In this document: positions 1 through 8,810 of the stretch, piece by piece | Position numbering within the stretch: the stretch's first letter is position 1 | Layout: every line of letters starts with the position of its first letter | Assembly: GCA_964471115.1 (NCBI GenBank) | Contig: CAYYFE010000002.1 | Span: 136,388-200,387 of the forward strand | Origin: an uncultured Solibacteraceae bacterium | GTDB taxonomy: Bacteria > Acidobacteriota > Vicinamibacteria > Vicinamibacterales > SCN-69-37 | Direction: 5' to 3' | DNA length: 64,000 nt | The notes under the pieces: generated by a model | Told to the model about the DNA's origin: nothing | What the model saw: the letters and a program-made list of their open reading frames with translations, nothing else | The model's database searches: none | Made by a program: the position numbers and the translations under genes

Positions 1-732
1 CTGTACCCAGTAGGGCGGATGGAAGTCGGCGGGCAACACGCCGATGACCGTACGGGTCGCGCCGTCCACGGTCAGCCCGCGGCCAATCGCCGTGGCGTCG
101 CCCTGAAGGGTCTCGACGAAGAACCGCCAGCTGACGACCGCCACCGGTTCCTGCGCGTGCGACCACAGGTGGCCCAGCGCGGGACGGACTCCGAGCAGTT
201 CGAAGTAGTCCGGCGTGACCAGGGTGGCGCTGACGCTCGTCGTGAGGCCGTTGGCCGACACCGCCGCATTCGCCGGCCGCATGGGGGCCAGACGGTCAAA
301 CGGCGCGTCGGCGCGCCGGAGGTCCTCGAACACGTGCGCCGAGACGGCCGACGTCGCGCCCTCGACCTGAGTCAGCAACGAGACGAGGCGATCGGGATGC
401 GGGTACGGCAGCGGGTCGAGGAAGGCCCGGCCCAGCACCACGCCGCTGGCCGTGACGGTGGCGACCGCCAGCGCCAGCGTGCCGCACACCGCCGCGACGT
501 ACATCGGCTGGTGGCGCAGCTGCCGCAGCGAGTTCAGCAGTGAGGCCATCACAACGGGGACGAGCCCGGCCAGGTGCGCGGCGATCGAGCGCAGCACCTG
601 CGCCCAGTACCACGCGGGTCCGCGGCCCTGCCGGTAGGCCTCTTCGAGGTCGCCGGCGACCACTTCGTACGCCGAACTGCGCAGCAAGAGCTGCAGCAGC
701 CGGGTGGCGGCGCGGGGTGGGGTGCCCGTCAT
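1..732 (-). CDS. FtsX/MacB-like ABC permease (ADOP-type), N-terminal part; 3' end runs off the window
   Basis: My own minus-strand translation from ATG 732..730 stays open to position 1: MTGTPPRAATRLLQLLLRSSAYEVVAGDLEEAYRQGRGPAWYWAQVLRSIAAHL...TLVTPDYFELLGVRPALGHLW...GVLPADFHPPYW. The start overlaps the padR stop (ATGA). The layout matches the permease at 55865..58462. It is absent from the ORF track because no stop lies inside the window. Confidence 0.75.
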   Translation of the reverse strand, partial: MTGTPPRAATRLLQLLLRSSAYEVVAGDLEEAYRQGRGPAWYWAQVLRSIAAHLAGLVPVVMASLLNSLRQLRHQPMYVAAVCGTLALAVATVTASGVVLGRAFLDPLPYPHPDRLVSLLTQVEGATSAVSAHVFEDLRRADAPFDRLAPMRPANAAVSANGLTTSVSATLVTPDYFELLGVRPALGHLWSHAQEPVAVVSWRFFVETLQGDATAIGRGLTVDGATRTVIGVLPADFHPPYWVQ

Positions 733-1064
733 GGCCGCTCCAGTCCCGGCAACTGATCCTCGAGGCCCTCGACCACCCGCCGCACCGTGTCGAGCGCCTG
801 CGCCAGCGCCCGGCGGCCCTCGGCTCTGAGCCGGTAATACCGCTTGCGGCGCCCGCCGCGTTCAGGTGTGGCCTCGCCGTACCGTGAACTCACCAGGCCG
901 CGGCCTTCCAGCCGCTCCAGGGTCGTGAACACGGCGCCTGGCGATACGTCCCGCCCGGCCCGGTCGAGCAGGTCCTGTCGAATCGACCCGGTATAGGCCT
1001 CATCGCCCAGCCGCAGCACGGTCAACATGACCAGTTGTTCAAATTCCCCGAGGCCCTCGCCCAT
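729..1064 (-). CDS. PadR-family transcriptional regulator
   Basis: 111-aa ORF with a winged-helix PadR-like sequence (LVMLTVLRLGDEAYTGSIRQDL...RRKRYYRLRAEGRRAL). It is translationally coupled to the downstream permease. Confidence 0.9.
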   Translation of the reverse strand: MGEGLGEFEQLVMLTVLRLGDEAYTGSIRQDLLDRAGRDVSPGAVFTTLERLEGRGLVSSRYGEATPERGGRRKRYYRLRAEGRRALAQALDTVRRVVEGLEDQLPGLERP

Positions 1065-1086
1065 GTGTCCGGCTCCTTCGTTTTAG

Positions 1087-1124
1087 TCCTACGTTGTAGG
1101 AATTGTTGATCCTACGACGTAGGA
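1087..1124. promoter_or_regulatory. Two 15-bp palindromes TCCTAC-N3-GTAGGA; candidate PadR operator
   Basis: TCCTACGTTGTAGGA (1087-1101) and TCCTACGACGTAGGA (1110-1124) are 8 bp apart. They lie in an AT-rich patch 22 bp upstream of the padR start. Confidence 0.5.
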
Positions 1125-1151
1125 AAAATAAAAAGGTTCCCAAACCGCCTG

Positions 1152-1232
1152 TCCGCACAGTAGGCATGTAGGCATGTAGACAGGCATTTCGAAGCCCGTC
1201 CGGACTACATGTCTACATGTCTACTGTGCGGA
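1152..1232. repeat. Long imperfect inverted repeat built from tandem octamers (AGGCATGT x2 / CTACATGT x2)
   Basis: The left arm is TCCGCACAGTAGGCATGTAGGCATGTAG. The right arm is CTACATGTCTACATGTCTACTGTGCGGA. The two mismatches would be G-U pairs in a plus-strand RNA. The loop is roughly 26 nt. Confidence 0.7.
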
Positions 1233-1344
1233 TCTTCAGGCGAAATTCGTAATGGCCACTGCGGCCACGGCGCGAGGAATGTCGTGTGGCGTCCCTTCAA
1301 GTGCCCTCGAAAAGATGGCCAGCGGTTTGCAGTAACGCGTGCGC

Positions 1345-1638
1345 ATGGCGGATATCGTCGCGGAATATCCCATGCCGGTGCCGGGGCCGGACGGGGAGCG
1401 CTTCAAAGCCCGGGCGTGTGCGTTGCCGATGCCGAAGGGGACCTGGCAGGGCTGGATCGAGTTCAACCCGCTCAACGGGGAGCCGACCTTCCGGTCGCCT
1501 CGTGAAACGGTGCAGCCGTCCAAACACGCGATCGTCGTGTGGGCGGATACGTTGACCCCGCCCGCGCTGATCCAGGCGCTGGATCGGGCGTTGGAGCGGA
1601 TTAAACCTCTCTCGTCATCTCGACCATCGTTGGTCTGA
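1345..1638 (+). CDS. Hypothetical small protein
   Basis: ORF track 1339..1638 (GTG); an ATG lies at 1345. Composition is non-degenerate (MADIVAEYPMPVPGPDGERFKARACALPMPKGTWQGWIEFNPLNGEPTF...) with high GC3. The 3' end overlaps the convergent GNAT gene. I recognise no family. Confidence 0.45.
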   Translation: MADIVAEYPMPVPGPDGERFKARACALPMPKGTWQGWIEFNPLNGEPTFRSPRETVQPSKHAIVVWADTLTPPALIQALDRALERIKPLSSSRPSLV

Positions 1639-2101
1639 AGCCTTCCGACTCGAACAACGCCCGCGCACGGGTGTTGGCGGCGGCGGTCCACAGCAACACA
1701 CGCGGCACGTCGTGGCCGCGCAGCCACGCGATGGCGGCGTCGAGCAGCCGCGTGCCCAGGCCGGTCCCCCTGGCCTCCTCGATGATCAGGATGTCGTGGA
1801 TGTACCCGGCGCGATCGCGGAGTTCCTTCCAGGACAGCGGCTCAACGGCCGCAAACACATAACCCACGATCCGGGCCGCCGCGCCCTCGCGCTGCTCCGC
1901 CACGAAGACACACGCTTCCGGGTTCCGCAGCTGCGCCTCGAGGAACGCCGCGTAGCCCGCTTCCGGGTTGTCGCCGGGCGCCAGGAACCGCCGGCTGTCG
2001 AAGGCGTAATGCGCGCGCATCAGCGCCGCGCCCAGCGCGCCCAGCGCCGGCACGTCGGCGGTTCGCGCCGGACGAATGGTGACGTCAGCGGTGGGATTCA
2101 C
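1601..2101 (-). CDS. GNAT-family N-acetyltransferase
   Basis: 166 aa with an acetyl-CoA-binding-type motif, IIEEARGTGLGTRLLDAAIAWLR, and a typical GNAT length. Confidence 0.85.
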   Translation of the reverse strand: MNPTADVTIRPARTADVPALGALGAALMRAHYAFDSRRFLAPGDNPEAGYAAFLEAQLRNPEACVFVAEQREGAAARIVGYVFAAVEPLSWKELRDRAGYIHDILIIEEARGTGLGTRLLDAAIAWLRGHDVPRVLLWTAAANTRARALFESEGFRPTMVEMTREV

Positions 2102-3452
2102 GCCAGCCTCCGAGCAGATACAGGATCACCGACACGGCCAGCGAGGTGATAAACGGATACGGCGCGCCCAGGGCACTGGCCGACGCATACACGACGAGAC
2201 CACCCAGCAACGTCAGCGCCGCGGCGCGCGGACCGCCGATCTTCGAGAACAAGCCGAACGAGACGACGACCAGAGTGCCGGCCGTGCCGAACGACGAGGA
2301 TTCCTCGACCAGCTCGGCCACGCCCCGTCCGCCCAGGGCCAGGAACAGGGCCACGCCGCCGAATACCAGGACGCCGGCGCGCGCCAATTGCAGCTTCCGC
2401 CGTTCAGACGTGACCCCCAGCCACGGGCCCACGAGGTTGTGCGCGGCCAGGCCGCCGGCCACCAGCAGGATCGTATCGACCGTCGAGAGAATGGCCGAGA
2501 TGAGCGCGCCAAGAAAAATGACGTAGCCGGCCGTCGGCAGCATCTGCATCGCCAGCGTCGGCAGGAACTGCTCCGCGTCATCCAGCGGTCCGACCAGCGG
2601 GGCCGCCACCAGTCCGAGCACGACCGGGATCGCGCCGATCAGCATGTACAGCCCGCCGGCCACGACCGGACCGTTGCGGGCCACCGACGGCGACCGCGCG
2701 GCGATGACGCGGCTGATGAGTTCCACGGCGACGACCGACCCGCCGATCGGGATGGCGTATTCCTCGAGGATGCCCAGCCACGTCGGCGTGACCTCCGGCC
2801 CCACCAGGCTCAGGCGCGTCGTGTCGATGGCCGCCAGCGTCGCCGATAGGCCGCCTTGGTTGCTCACCACCACCACCGCCAGCAGGCCGAGGCCGGCGAT
2901 GAGCATGGCGCCCTGGATGAGATCGGTGACCGCGTCGGCGAGCAGGCCGCCGAGCGTCGTGTAGAGCATGCAGAATGCCGCGGCCGCCATCGTGGCGGTG
3001 GCCAGGTCCACATCCGTCAGGGTCGTCAGCACCGTGCCGAAGCCACGCAACTGGGCGGCGGCCCACAGCACGCCAGGCGGGATGAGCATCAAGGCCGCCA
3101 GCCGCTCGACGCCCGGCGAGAAGCGGCCGCGGAAGAAGTCGGCCATGGTGGTCAGCTTCAACCGCCAGAGCGGCACGGCGAAGATCAGACCGGTCAGCAT
3201 CAGCGTGATGCCGTAGGCGAATGGTTCCGCCGTGGTCAACGAAAACCCTTCTTCGTACGCGCGGCCGGCTGACGAGATACACGTTTCGGCGCCGAACCAC
3301 GTGGCGAAGACCGAGAAGATCGTGAGCGGATACCCGAGCCGTCGTCCGGCGACCAGGTAGTCGTCTTCCGTGTGGATTCTCGGCGCGAGCCACGCGCCAA
3401 TCGCAAGCTGAATCGCCAGGTAGCCCGCCAGGGCCAGGAGGATGCCGTCCAC
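2085..3452 (-). CDS. Sodium:solute symporter (SSS) family transporter
   Basis: 455-aa polytopic protein. The N-terminus DDYLVAGRRLGYPLTIFSVFATWFGAETCISSAG is typical of SSS transporters. Confidence 0.85.
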   Translation of the reverse strand: MDGILLALAGYLAIQLAIGAWLAPRIHTEDDYLVAGRRLGYPLTIFSVFATWFGAETCISSAGRAYEEGFSLTTAEPFAYGITLMLTGLIFAVPLWRLKLTTMADFFRGRFSPGVERLAALMLIPPGVLWAAAQLRGFGTVLTTLTDVDLATATMAAAAFCMLYTTLGGLLADAVTDLIQGAMLIAGLGLLAVVVVSNQGGLSATLAAIDTTRLSLVGPEVTPTWLGILEEYAIPIGGSVVAVELISRVIAARSPSVARNGPVVAGGLYMLIGAIPVVLGLVAAPLVGPLDDAEQFLPTLAMQMLPTAGYVIFLGALISAILSTVDTILLVAGGLAAHNLVGPWLGVTSERRKLQLARAGVLVFGGVALFLALGGRGVAELVEESSSFGTAGTLVVVSFGLFSKIGGPRAAALTLLGGLVVYASASALGAPYPFITSLAVSVILYLLGGWRESHR

Positions 3453-3490
3453 GACACGGCATCCTATCCCGGTTGGCCCGTGGCGAGGAT

Positions 3491-4897
3491 TCAGGTACGC
3501 GTGAAGCGGAACACGCGCGCGCCGATGGCCACGGTCACGCGGGTGGCCGGCCCCTCGGCGGGCAGGTCGAAGGTCACTCGGATGCCAGGTTGCACCCGCA
3601 CGGTGAACCGGCCGTCGCCCGTCGGGAAGATCTCGGCTTCACCTTCACCCGGCAGCGACATGAACAGCCGGCCCTCGTGCTCGAAGACGCGGGTGATGAC
3701 CTCGGGGCGCACGGCATCGGCATACGCGCCTGCCACCCGAGCGATCAGCGCGGCCGTCACCGGCACGAACGTCTCGGCCGGCGGGGCGGGCAGGGTCGAC
3801 GTCAGTGGGCTCGCGGCCATCGGGACGAGCCGGGGCTGGGTCGCCGGCGTGCCGGTGCGCGCCGCCGCCAGACGTTCGACCAGTTGCCAGATGCGCGGCC
3901 CCTGTACGGAACGGCCGTTGTCCGTGTCGGCGCGATGGACGATGACCATGTCGAGCGACGGGATGACGAAGAGGGTCTGTCCGCCGGTACCGCGCGCCAG
4001 ATACACGGACGCGGCGTTCAGAGCCGGGTATGACGGCCCGAGCGATCCGGGCCCGAAGATCCACCAGAGGTAGCCGTAGCCGCTGCCGTCGGGCAAGGTG
4101 GTGTGCATCCGCCAGCTGTCGTCGATCCAGGAGGCCGGCAGGACCGTCCGGCCCTGCCACTGTCCGCGCTGCAGGTACAGCTGCCCGAATCGCGCGAGGT
4201 CGCGTGCCGAGATCCGCATCGTGTGAGCGGGCAGCCGCGACCGCGATGGTTCGAGCACTTCGAACTGCTGGCGCGGATCGAAGTCCTGCATGCCGAGCGG
4301 CCGCGCGATTCGTCGATCGAACGCCGCGTAGAGATCCTCGCCGGTGCGCCGTTCGAACACCTGCTCGGCGGCGTTGAAGTCCCAGTTGTTGTAGAAGAAA
4401 AACGTCCCCGGCGCGTGTGCGCCTCGCGCGGGCCGTTCGCGATCCTGGCCGGCATCGGCGTACGCCGCTGTGTGGTACACGCCCGATCGCGAGGCGATGA
4501 GGTGGCCAAACGTCGCAGCCTTCTCGGCGTCGGTCAACGCCGGCGTGTCGTCCACGCCCAGCGCCGCCAGCGTGTCGGTGAGCGCAATGCGGCCCTCGGC
4601 AATGGCCTGACCATACAGGGCGCCGGCCAGGCTCTTGCGGACGCTGTGCGCCATGAACGGGCGCGCCACGTCGCCCCACGCCGCGACGACGTGGCCCCGG
4701 TAGATCGCCATCACGGCGGCGGCGCGGTTCTCGTCGGCAAAGGCCCGGGCCGCGTCGAGCGCCTCGGCCGAGAACCCGGCCTCGGCGGGCGAGGCATAGG
4801 CCATCCACTCCGTCGTCTGGCTGCGCGCGGCCGGCGCCGCCAGGGTCACCGCCACGGCGAGCGCCGCCGGCACCAGCGTTCGTACGAATCGCATCAT
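3491..4897 (-). CDS. Secreted serine hydrolase, beta-lactamase/PBP-like (class C-type fold) with extra C-terminal domain
   Basis: I chose the start at ATGATG 4897, preceded by GGAGAG. It gives the signal peptide MMRFVRTLVPAALAVAVTLAAPAARSQ. An S-x-x-K motif (SVRK) lies near the N-terminus. The ORF-track start at 5116 adds an Arg/Cys-rich junk leader. Confidence 0.85.
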   Translation of the reverse strand: MMRFVRTLVPAALAVAVTLAAPAARSQTTEWMAYASPAEAGFSAEALDAARAFADENRAAAVMAIYRGHVVAAWGDVARPFMAHSVRKSLAGALYGQAIAEGRIALTDTLAALGVDDTPALTDAEKAATFGHLIASRSGVYHTAAYADAGQDRERPARGAHAPGTFFFYNNWDFNAAEQVFERRTGEDLYAAFDRRIARPLGMQDFDPRQQFEVLEPSRSRLPAHTMRISARDLARFGQLYLQRGQWQGRTVLPASWIDDSWRMHTTLPDGSGYGYLWWIFGPGSLGPSYPALNAASVYLARGTGGQTLFVIPSLDMVIVHRADTDNGRSVQGPRIWQLVERLAAARTGTPATQPRLVPMAASPLTSTLPAPPAETFVPVTAALIARVAGAYADAVRPEVITRVFEHEGRLFMSLPGEGEAEIFPTGDGRFTVRVQPGIRVTFDLPAEGPATRVTVAIGARVFRFTRT

Positions 4898-4911
4898 CAG
4901 CTCTCTCCTTG

Positions 4912-4927
4912 GTTTACAGGTGTAAAA
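4912..4927. promoter_or_regulatory. BlaI/MecI-type operator-like box GTTTACA-GG-TGTAAA
   Basis: The near-palindrome GTTTACAGGTGTAAA lies 15 bp upstream of the hydrolase start. It has the same core as the box at 6443-6458. Confidence 0.5.
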
Positions 4928-4979
4928 CATCATCGCGTGCGCCGTGTCCTCTGACCGATGGCCATTCATGGCGAAGCCG

Positions 4980-6053
4980 TCAGCGGAAGGTGCGGCGCAA
5001 GGTTTCGCGCCAGGCGCGGCTGGTCTGCCGCAGTTCGAGCAGGCGCGGGTGCGGGGTGCCGGGGCCGGGCGTGAGCCACGGCACCTGGTGCAGCACTTGT
5101 CGAGGCGAGGCCACAAGGCCCGGGCCGATGCCGATCAACGCAACCATCAGGGCGACGGCCACGAACCGGCGACGCCCACGACTCCACGCGGAAGGAGCCG
5201 CCGCATCGTCAAGCAGGCGTGTGACCCGCTGGACCAGCGGGGAACCCGTGGCGGCCACACCCAGGCCCGCGCCCTCGCGCCGTTCGGCCAGCGTCACCAG
5301 CGCCGAGGCCAGCGCGCCGGCGTCGCCCGTCACGGCCACGGCCACATCGTCGGCCGCTTCTTCGGCGGCGGCCCGCAGTCGACGCAGCGCCACGCGCGTC
5401 AGCGGCTGGAACGGCACCAGGCAGACAAGCCAGGTACAGAGCGCGAGCCACAGCGGGTCGCGGCGATCGAGGTGCGCCAGCTCGTGCGCGATGATGCCGC
5501 GCCGTTCCAGCGGGGTCCAGGTGTCGAGGTCCTGCGCCGGCAGACAGATCTCGCGCGAGCCCAGCGCGGCTGGGACGCCGGCGCGCGACGTGACGGTGAT
5601 CCGCGGCGCGCGACACGCCATCGTGGCCGCCAGGGCCAGCACCTCGTCGCGCAGTTCGTCGCCCGCGTCGACGCGGCGTCCGAACATCCGCCGCACGGTC
5701 AGCGTGGCGGCGATCGCGCGGATGCACAACAGCCCGGCCACCGCCAGGGAGAGGGCGGCGGCCAGTGCGCCCAGGCGCCAATCGATGAACGCGGCGGGAA
5801 AGAGCAGTGCAGGGTCCGGTCCGGTCAGGGGCCCGGCAAGCCACCCCGCGGTGTGCATCACTGACGTGATGAATGGCGCGATGATGGCCGTCCGCCAGAG
5901 CAGCACCCGGTCGATCGCGGCGGTGCGGCGATACCTGAGCCACACGAGAACGCCGGCGATCAGGATGGTAGAATGGGCCAGGTAGGTGAGGACCCAGCTC
6001 ACCAGGACCACCGCGATCGCGACAAGCGTCACTTCCGCCAGTGGCGGCATCAC
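4980..6053 (-). CDS. M56-family (BlaR1-like) membrane metalloprotease lacking a C-terminal penicillin-sensor domain
   Basis: 357 aa with N-terminal TM helices and the zinc motif HELAHLDRRD. The start overlaps the blaI stop. There is no PBP-like sensor domain after the protease region. Confidence 0.8.
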   Translation of the reverse strand: MMPPLAEVTLVAIAVVLVSWVLTYLAHSTILIAGVLVWLRYRRTAAIDRVLLWRTAIIAPFITSVMHTAGWLAGPLTGPDPALLFPAAFIDWRLGALAAALSLAVAGLLCIRAIAATLTVRRMFGRRVDAGDELRDEVLALAATMACRAPRITVTSRAGVPAALGSREICLPAQDLDTWTPLERRGIIAHELAHLDRRDPLWLALCTWLVCLVPFQPLTRVALRRLRAAAEEAADDVAVAVTGDAGALASALVTLAERREGAGLGVAATGSPLVQRVTRLLDDAAAPSAWSRGRRRFVAVALMVALIGIGPGLVASPRQVLHQVPWLTPGPGTPHPRLLELRQTSRAWRETLRRTFR

Positions 6054-6442
6054 GACGAGCGGCCTTTCCTGGCCTGATGGGCGTCAAGCATGCGGCGCAG
6101 TCGCGCCACATCGCCCGGCTTCGTCTCCGATTGCGAGACCGCAAAGGAGACCATCGCGGCCAGATCGCCCTGGAACAGTCCGCCCAGCAGGCCGTTGAGT
6201 CGCGCAGCCATCACGGCTTCGCGAGTCACCCGCGCGCGATAAAGAAACTCGCGGCCGTCGGCGCGATGGGCAATGACGCCCTGACGTTCGAGCCGGTGCA
6301 ACATCGTGCCGACGGTGCCGCGGGCCAGCCCCGTGCGTGCGGCCAGGGCCTCATGGACCTCGTTGGCCGTGACCTCGCCGCGTGTCCACAGGACATCGAG
6401 GATCGCGAGCTGCTGGTCGGTCAGGTCGTGCGGCCGTTTCAC
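6050..6442 (-). CDS. BlaI/MecI/CopY-family transcriptional repressor
   Basis: 130 aa: LTDQQLAILDVLWTRGEVTANEVHEAL...GTVGTMLHRLERQGVIAHRADGREFLYRA. This is the typical penicillinase-repressor winged helix. The start is GTG. Confidence 0.9.
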   Translation of the reverse strand: MKRPHDLTDQQLAILDVLWTRGEVTANEVHEALAARTGLARGTVGTMLHRLERQGVIAHRADGREFLYRARVTREAVMAARLNGLLGGLFQGDLAAMVSFAVSQSETKPGDVARLRRMLDAHQARKGRSS

Positions 6443-6458
6443 GTTTACAGTTGTAAAC
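6443..6458. promoter_or_regulatory. BlaI-type operator palindrome GTTTACA-GT-TGTAAAC
   Basis: A perfect 7+7 palindrome directly abuts the GTG start of the repressor gene. It contains the TACA/TGTA core known for BlaI/MecI operators. Confidence 0.55.
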
Positions 6459-6581
6459 GATCGTCAGCCTCCGGGTCAAGCCGCGGCCGGCCGTGACAAC
6501 TGTCACCAGGCTGGGGTGACGGCCGGCACTGCCAGCCCCGCCTCTTGGCCGCCATCATCGATGGCACAAGGAGATTCGACC

Positions 6582-7142
6582 ATGACCACTGCCGCCTACT
6601 CTCTCGAAGCTGCCAGACACGAAGTCACCGCCGCGTCCACCGGAGGCGCGCCGTTCCTGCTGGCCTTTGGCTTGACTCTGGGCCTGACCGGCCTGGCCGC
6701 ATTTTCACTGGACGTGCGCACGGTGGCGTTGATCACGCTCTTTCAAGGCAACGTCGCGCTGCCGCTCGCGTTCTGGCTCGAGCGCCGGATGAGCGACGTG
6801 CGCCTGTCGCCGGACAATCCGCTGCGGCCGCTGTCCATTCAGCTGGCCACCTCCCAGTTGCTTGCGTTACCGGCCGTGCTCTTCGTCTTTGGCCTGGCGC
6901 CCGCCGCCGTCCCCGCGGCGATGGCGGCCACCGGCGCCGCGCACTTCCTTCCGTATGCGTGGCTGCAGCGGACGAAGTTGTACGCCGGGCTCGCGGTGGC
7001 CGTGGCGATCGTGCCGTTCGTGATCACCGTGACGTTGCGCACCGCCGCGCCGCCCTGGGTCCTGCTGTTCCTCTCGGGCGTGTACTTCGTGATGGCTGTG
7101 CTGGTGCGCCGGCGCGCGCGCGCCCTCATAATGGCGGCCTGA
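6582..7142 (+). CDS. Hypothetical integral membrane protein, first gene of the two-component operon
   Basis: ATG 6582 is preceded by AAGGAG. The product (MTTAAYSLEAARHEV...) has several hydrophobic helices. The upstream part of track ORF 6306..7142 is Arg/Ser-rich junk. Confidence 0.6.
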   Translation: MTTAAYSLEAARHEVTAASTGGAPFLLAFGLTLGLTGLAAFSLDVRTVALITLFQGNVALPLAFWLERRMSDVRLSPDNPLRPLSIQLATSQLLALPAVLFVFGLAPAAVPAAMAATGAAHFLPYAWLQRTKLYAGLAVAVAIVPFVITVTLRTAAPPWVLLFLSGVYFVMAVLVRRRARALIMAA

Positions 7143-7145
7143 CGA

Positions 7146-8206
7146 TGCTGCCGTACCTCTGGCTGGTGTATGCGGCGTTTTATGCCGTGTATCCGTTCGT
7201 GTTCGGGCCCGGGCCACTGGGCTGGGCGCCGCATCTGGCCGGGCTGCTCGCGTTTCTCGCGCTGTACCTGATCGGGTTCCGCGCCTCCGGCCAACGGCGG
7301 CTGTTCTTCGTGGCCGCGCTCACCGTGCTGGGGGTGGTATCCGCCTGGTTCAACCCCGGCGGTCTGGTGTTCTTCATTTACGCCTCCTCGCTGGTCGGCG
7401 GCGCGGTGACCGGCTGGCCCATCGGCCTGTGGATTGGCGGCGTGACATTGGTGGGCGTCGTGACGGCCGCGTCCATCGACGGGTTCCAGTGGATGATGCT
7501 GGCGACCGTGGCGGTCTTCACGCCGCTCATCGGATTCGTCAATGTGCAGGCCGCCGCCGCGCGCCGGCGCGACGCGTCACTGCGTATGGCCCAGGAGGAA
7601 ATCGCGCGGCTGGCCGTCGTCTCCGAACGGCATCGCATCGCGGCCGACCTGCACGATGTGCTGGGGCACACCCTGTCGGTCGTGGTGCTCAAGGCTGAGC
7701 TGGCCGCGCGCCTGGCCGAGGCGGATCCGGCGGCGGCCCGTGCCGAGATGCTCGAAGTGGAACGTGTCGCCCGCGAAGCCCTGGCCTCCACGCGCAAGGT
7801 CGTGACGGGCATGGCGATGACGACGCTGGCCGATGAACTGCTGCGCGCGCGAACGGTGTTGGAGGGCGCGGGCATCGTGGTGACCACCGACCCGGCCGAC
7901 GGTCGTCCCGACCTGTCCGCGGTGGCCGGACCCGCCCAGCACGCGCTGGCGATGGTGCTGCGCGAGGCGGTGACCAACGTGTTGCGGCACGCAAGGGCCG
8001 CGCGGTGTCACGTGGCCGTTGCCGTGGCCTCAGGGACGGCGCGCCTTGAAGTGGCCGATGACGGCCGCGGCGCCGACCTGCGTGAAGGCAATGGCATGCG
8101 CGGCATGCGGGCGCGGCTGCAGGAAGTGGGCGGCGACCTGCAGGTGGCGGCCGGCGCGGGTGTTCGGGTGACGGCAACGGTTCCCGCGCGAGGAGTGGAC
8201 GCATGA
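7146..8206 (+). CDS. Sensor histidine kinase, HisKA_3 (DesK/NarX-type)
   Basis: The start at MLPYLWLVYAAF is followed by TM helices. The H-box is HRIAADLHDVLGHTLS and an ATPase region is present (ADDGRG...GNGMRGMRARL). The track ORF from 6545 is an artefactual 5' extension. Confidence 0.85.
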
Positions 8207-8805
8207 TTCGGGTGGTCGTGGCGGAAGACCAGGCCATGGTGCTGGGCGCCTTGTCGGCGCTGCTCGGCATGGAGCGCGATCTCGAGGTGGTGGGCCGCGC
8301 CGCCAACGGCACTGAGGCGCTGGAGCTGGCGCGCCGCCTGCGCCCCGACGTCATCGTGACCGACATCGAGATGCCCGAACTGTCGGGGTTGGACCTCGCG
8401 GCCGCGATTCGCACGGAGCGCCTGCCGTCGAAGGTCATCGTGCTGACGACGTTTGCGCGGCCGGGGTATCTGCGCCGCGCGCTTGACGCAGGCGCGGCGG
8501 CGTACCTGCTCAAGGACGCGCCGTCGCACCAGCTCGCGGATGCGATTCGCCGCGTGGCCGCCGGCGGCCGGGTGATCGATCCGGAACTGGCGGCCGACGC
8601 CTGGTCGGAGGCCGACCCGCTGACCGACCGCGAGCGGCAGGTGTTGCGGCTGGCGGCCGATGGGTTGTCGAGCGGCGAGATTGCCGCGGAACTCGCGCTG
8701 TCGGACGGCACCGTCCGCAACTACCTGTCGGAGGCCATCAGCAAACTCGGCGCGAAGAACCGCGTCGAGGCGGCCAATCTCGCGCGGGCGAAGGGCTGGT
8801 TGTAG
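8203..8805 (+). CDS. Response regulator, NarL/LuxR family
   Basis: 200 aa with a receiver domain (VIVTDIEMP) and a LuxR HTH (LTDRERQVLRLAADGLSSGEIAAELALSDGTVRNYLSEAISKLGA). The start overlaps the kinase stop. Confidence 0.9.
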   Translation: MIRVVVAEDQAMVLGALSALLGMERDLEVVGRAANGTEALELARRLRPDVIVTDIEMPELSGLDLAAAIRTERLPSKVIVLTTFARPGYLRRALDAGAAAYLLKDAPSHQLADAIRRVAAGGRVIDPELAADAWSEADPLTDRERQVLRLAADGLSSGEIAAELALSDGTVRNYLSEAISKLGAKNRVEAANLARAKGWL

Positions 8806-8810
8806 GCGCG

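Noticed and set aside
6545-7145. 5' over-extensions of track ORFs (also 19622, 12782, 43593, 40273, 40159-41772, 5116, 12342, 58853, 53870)
   Set aside because: In each case the recognisable protein begins at an internal ATG/GTG with an RBS, a signal peptide or a stop/start overlap. The upstream part is Arg/Pro-rich and overlaps the preceding real gene.
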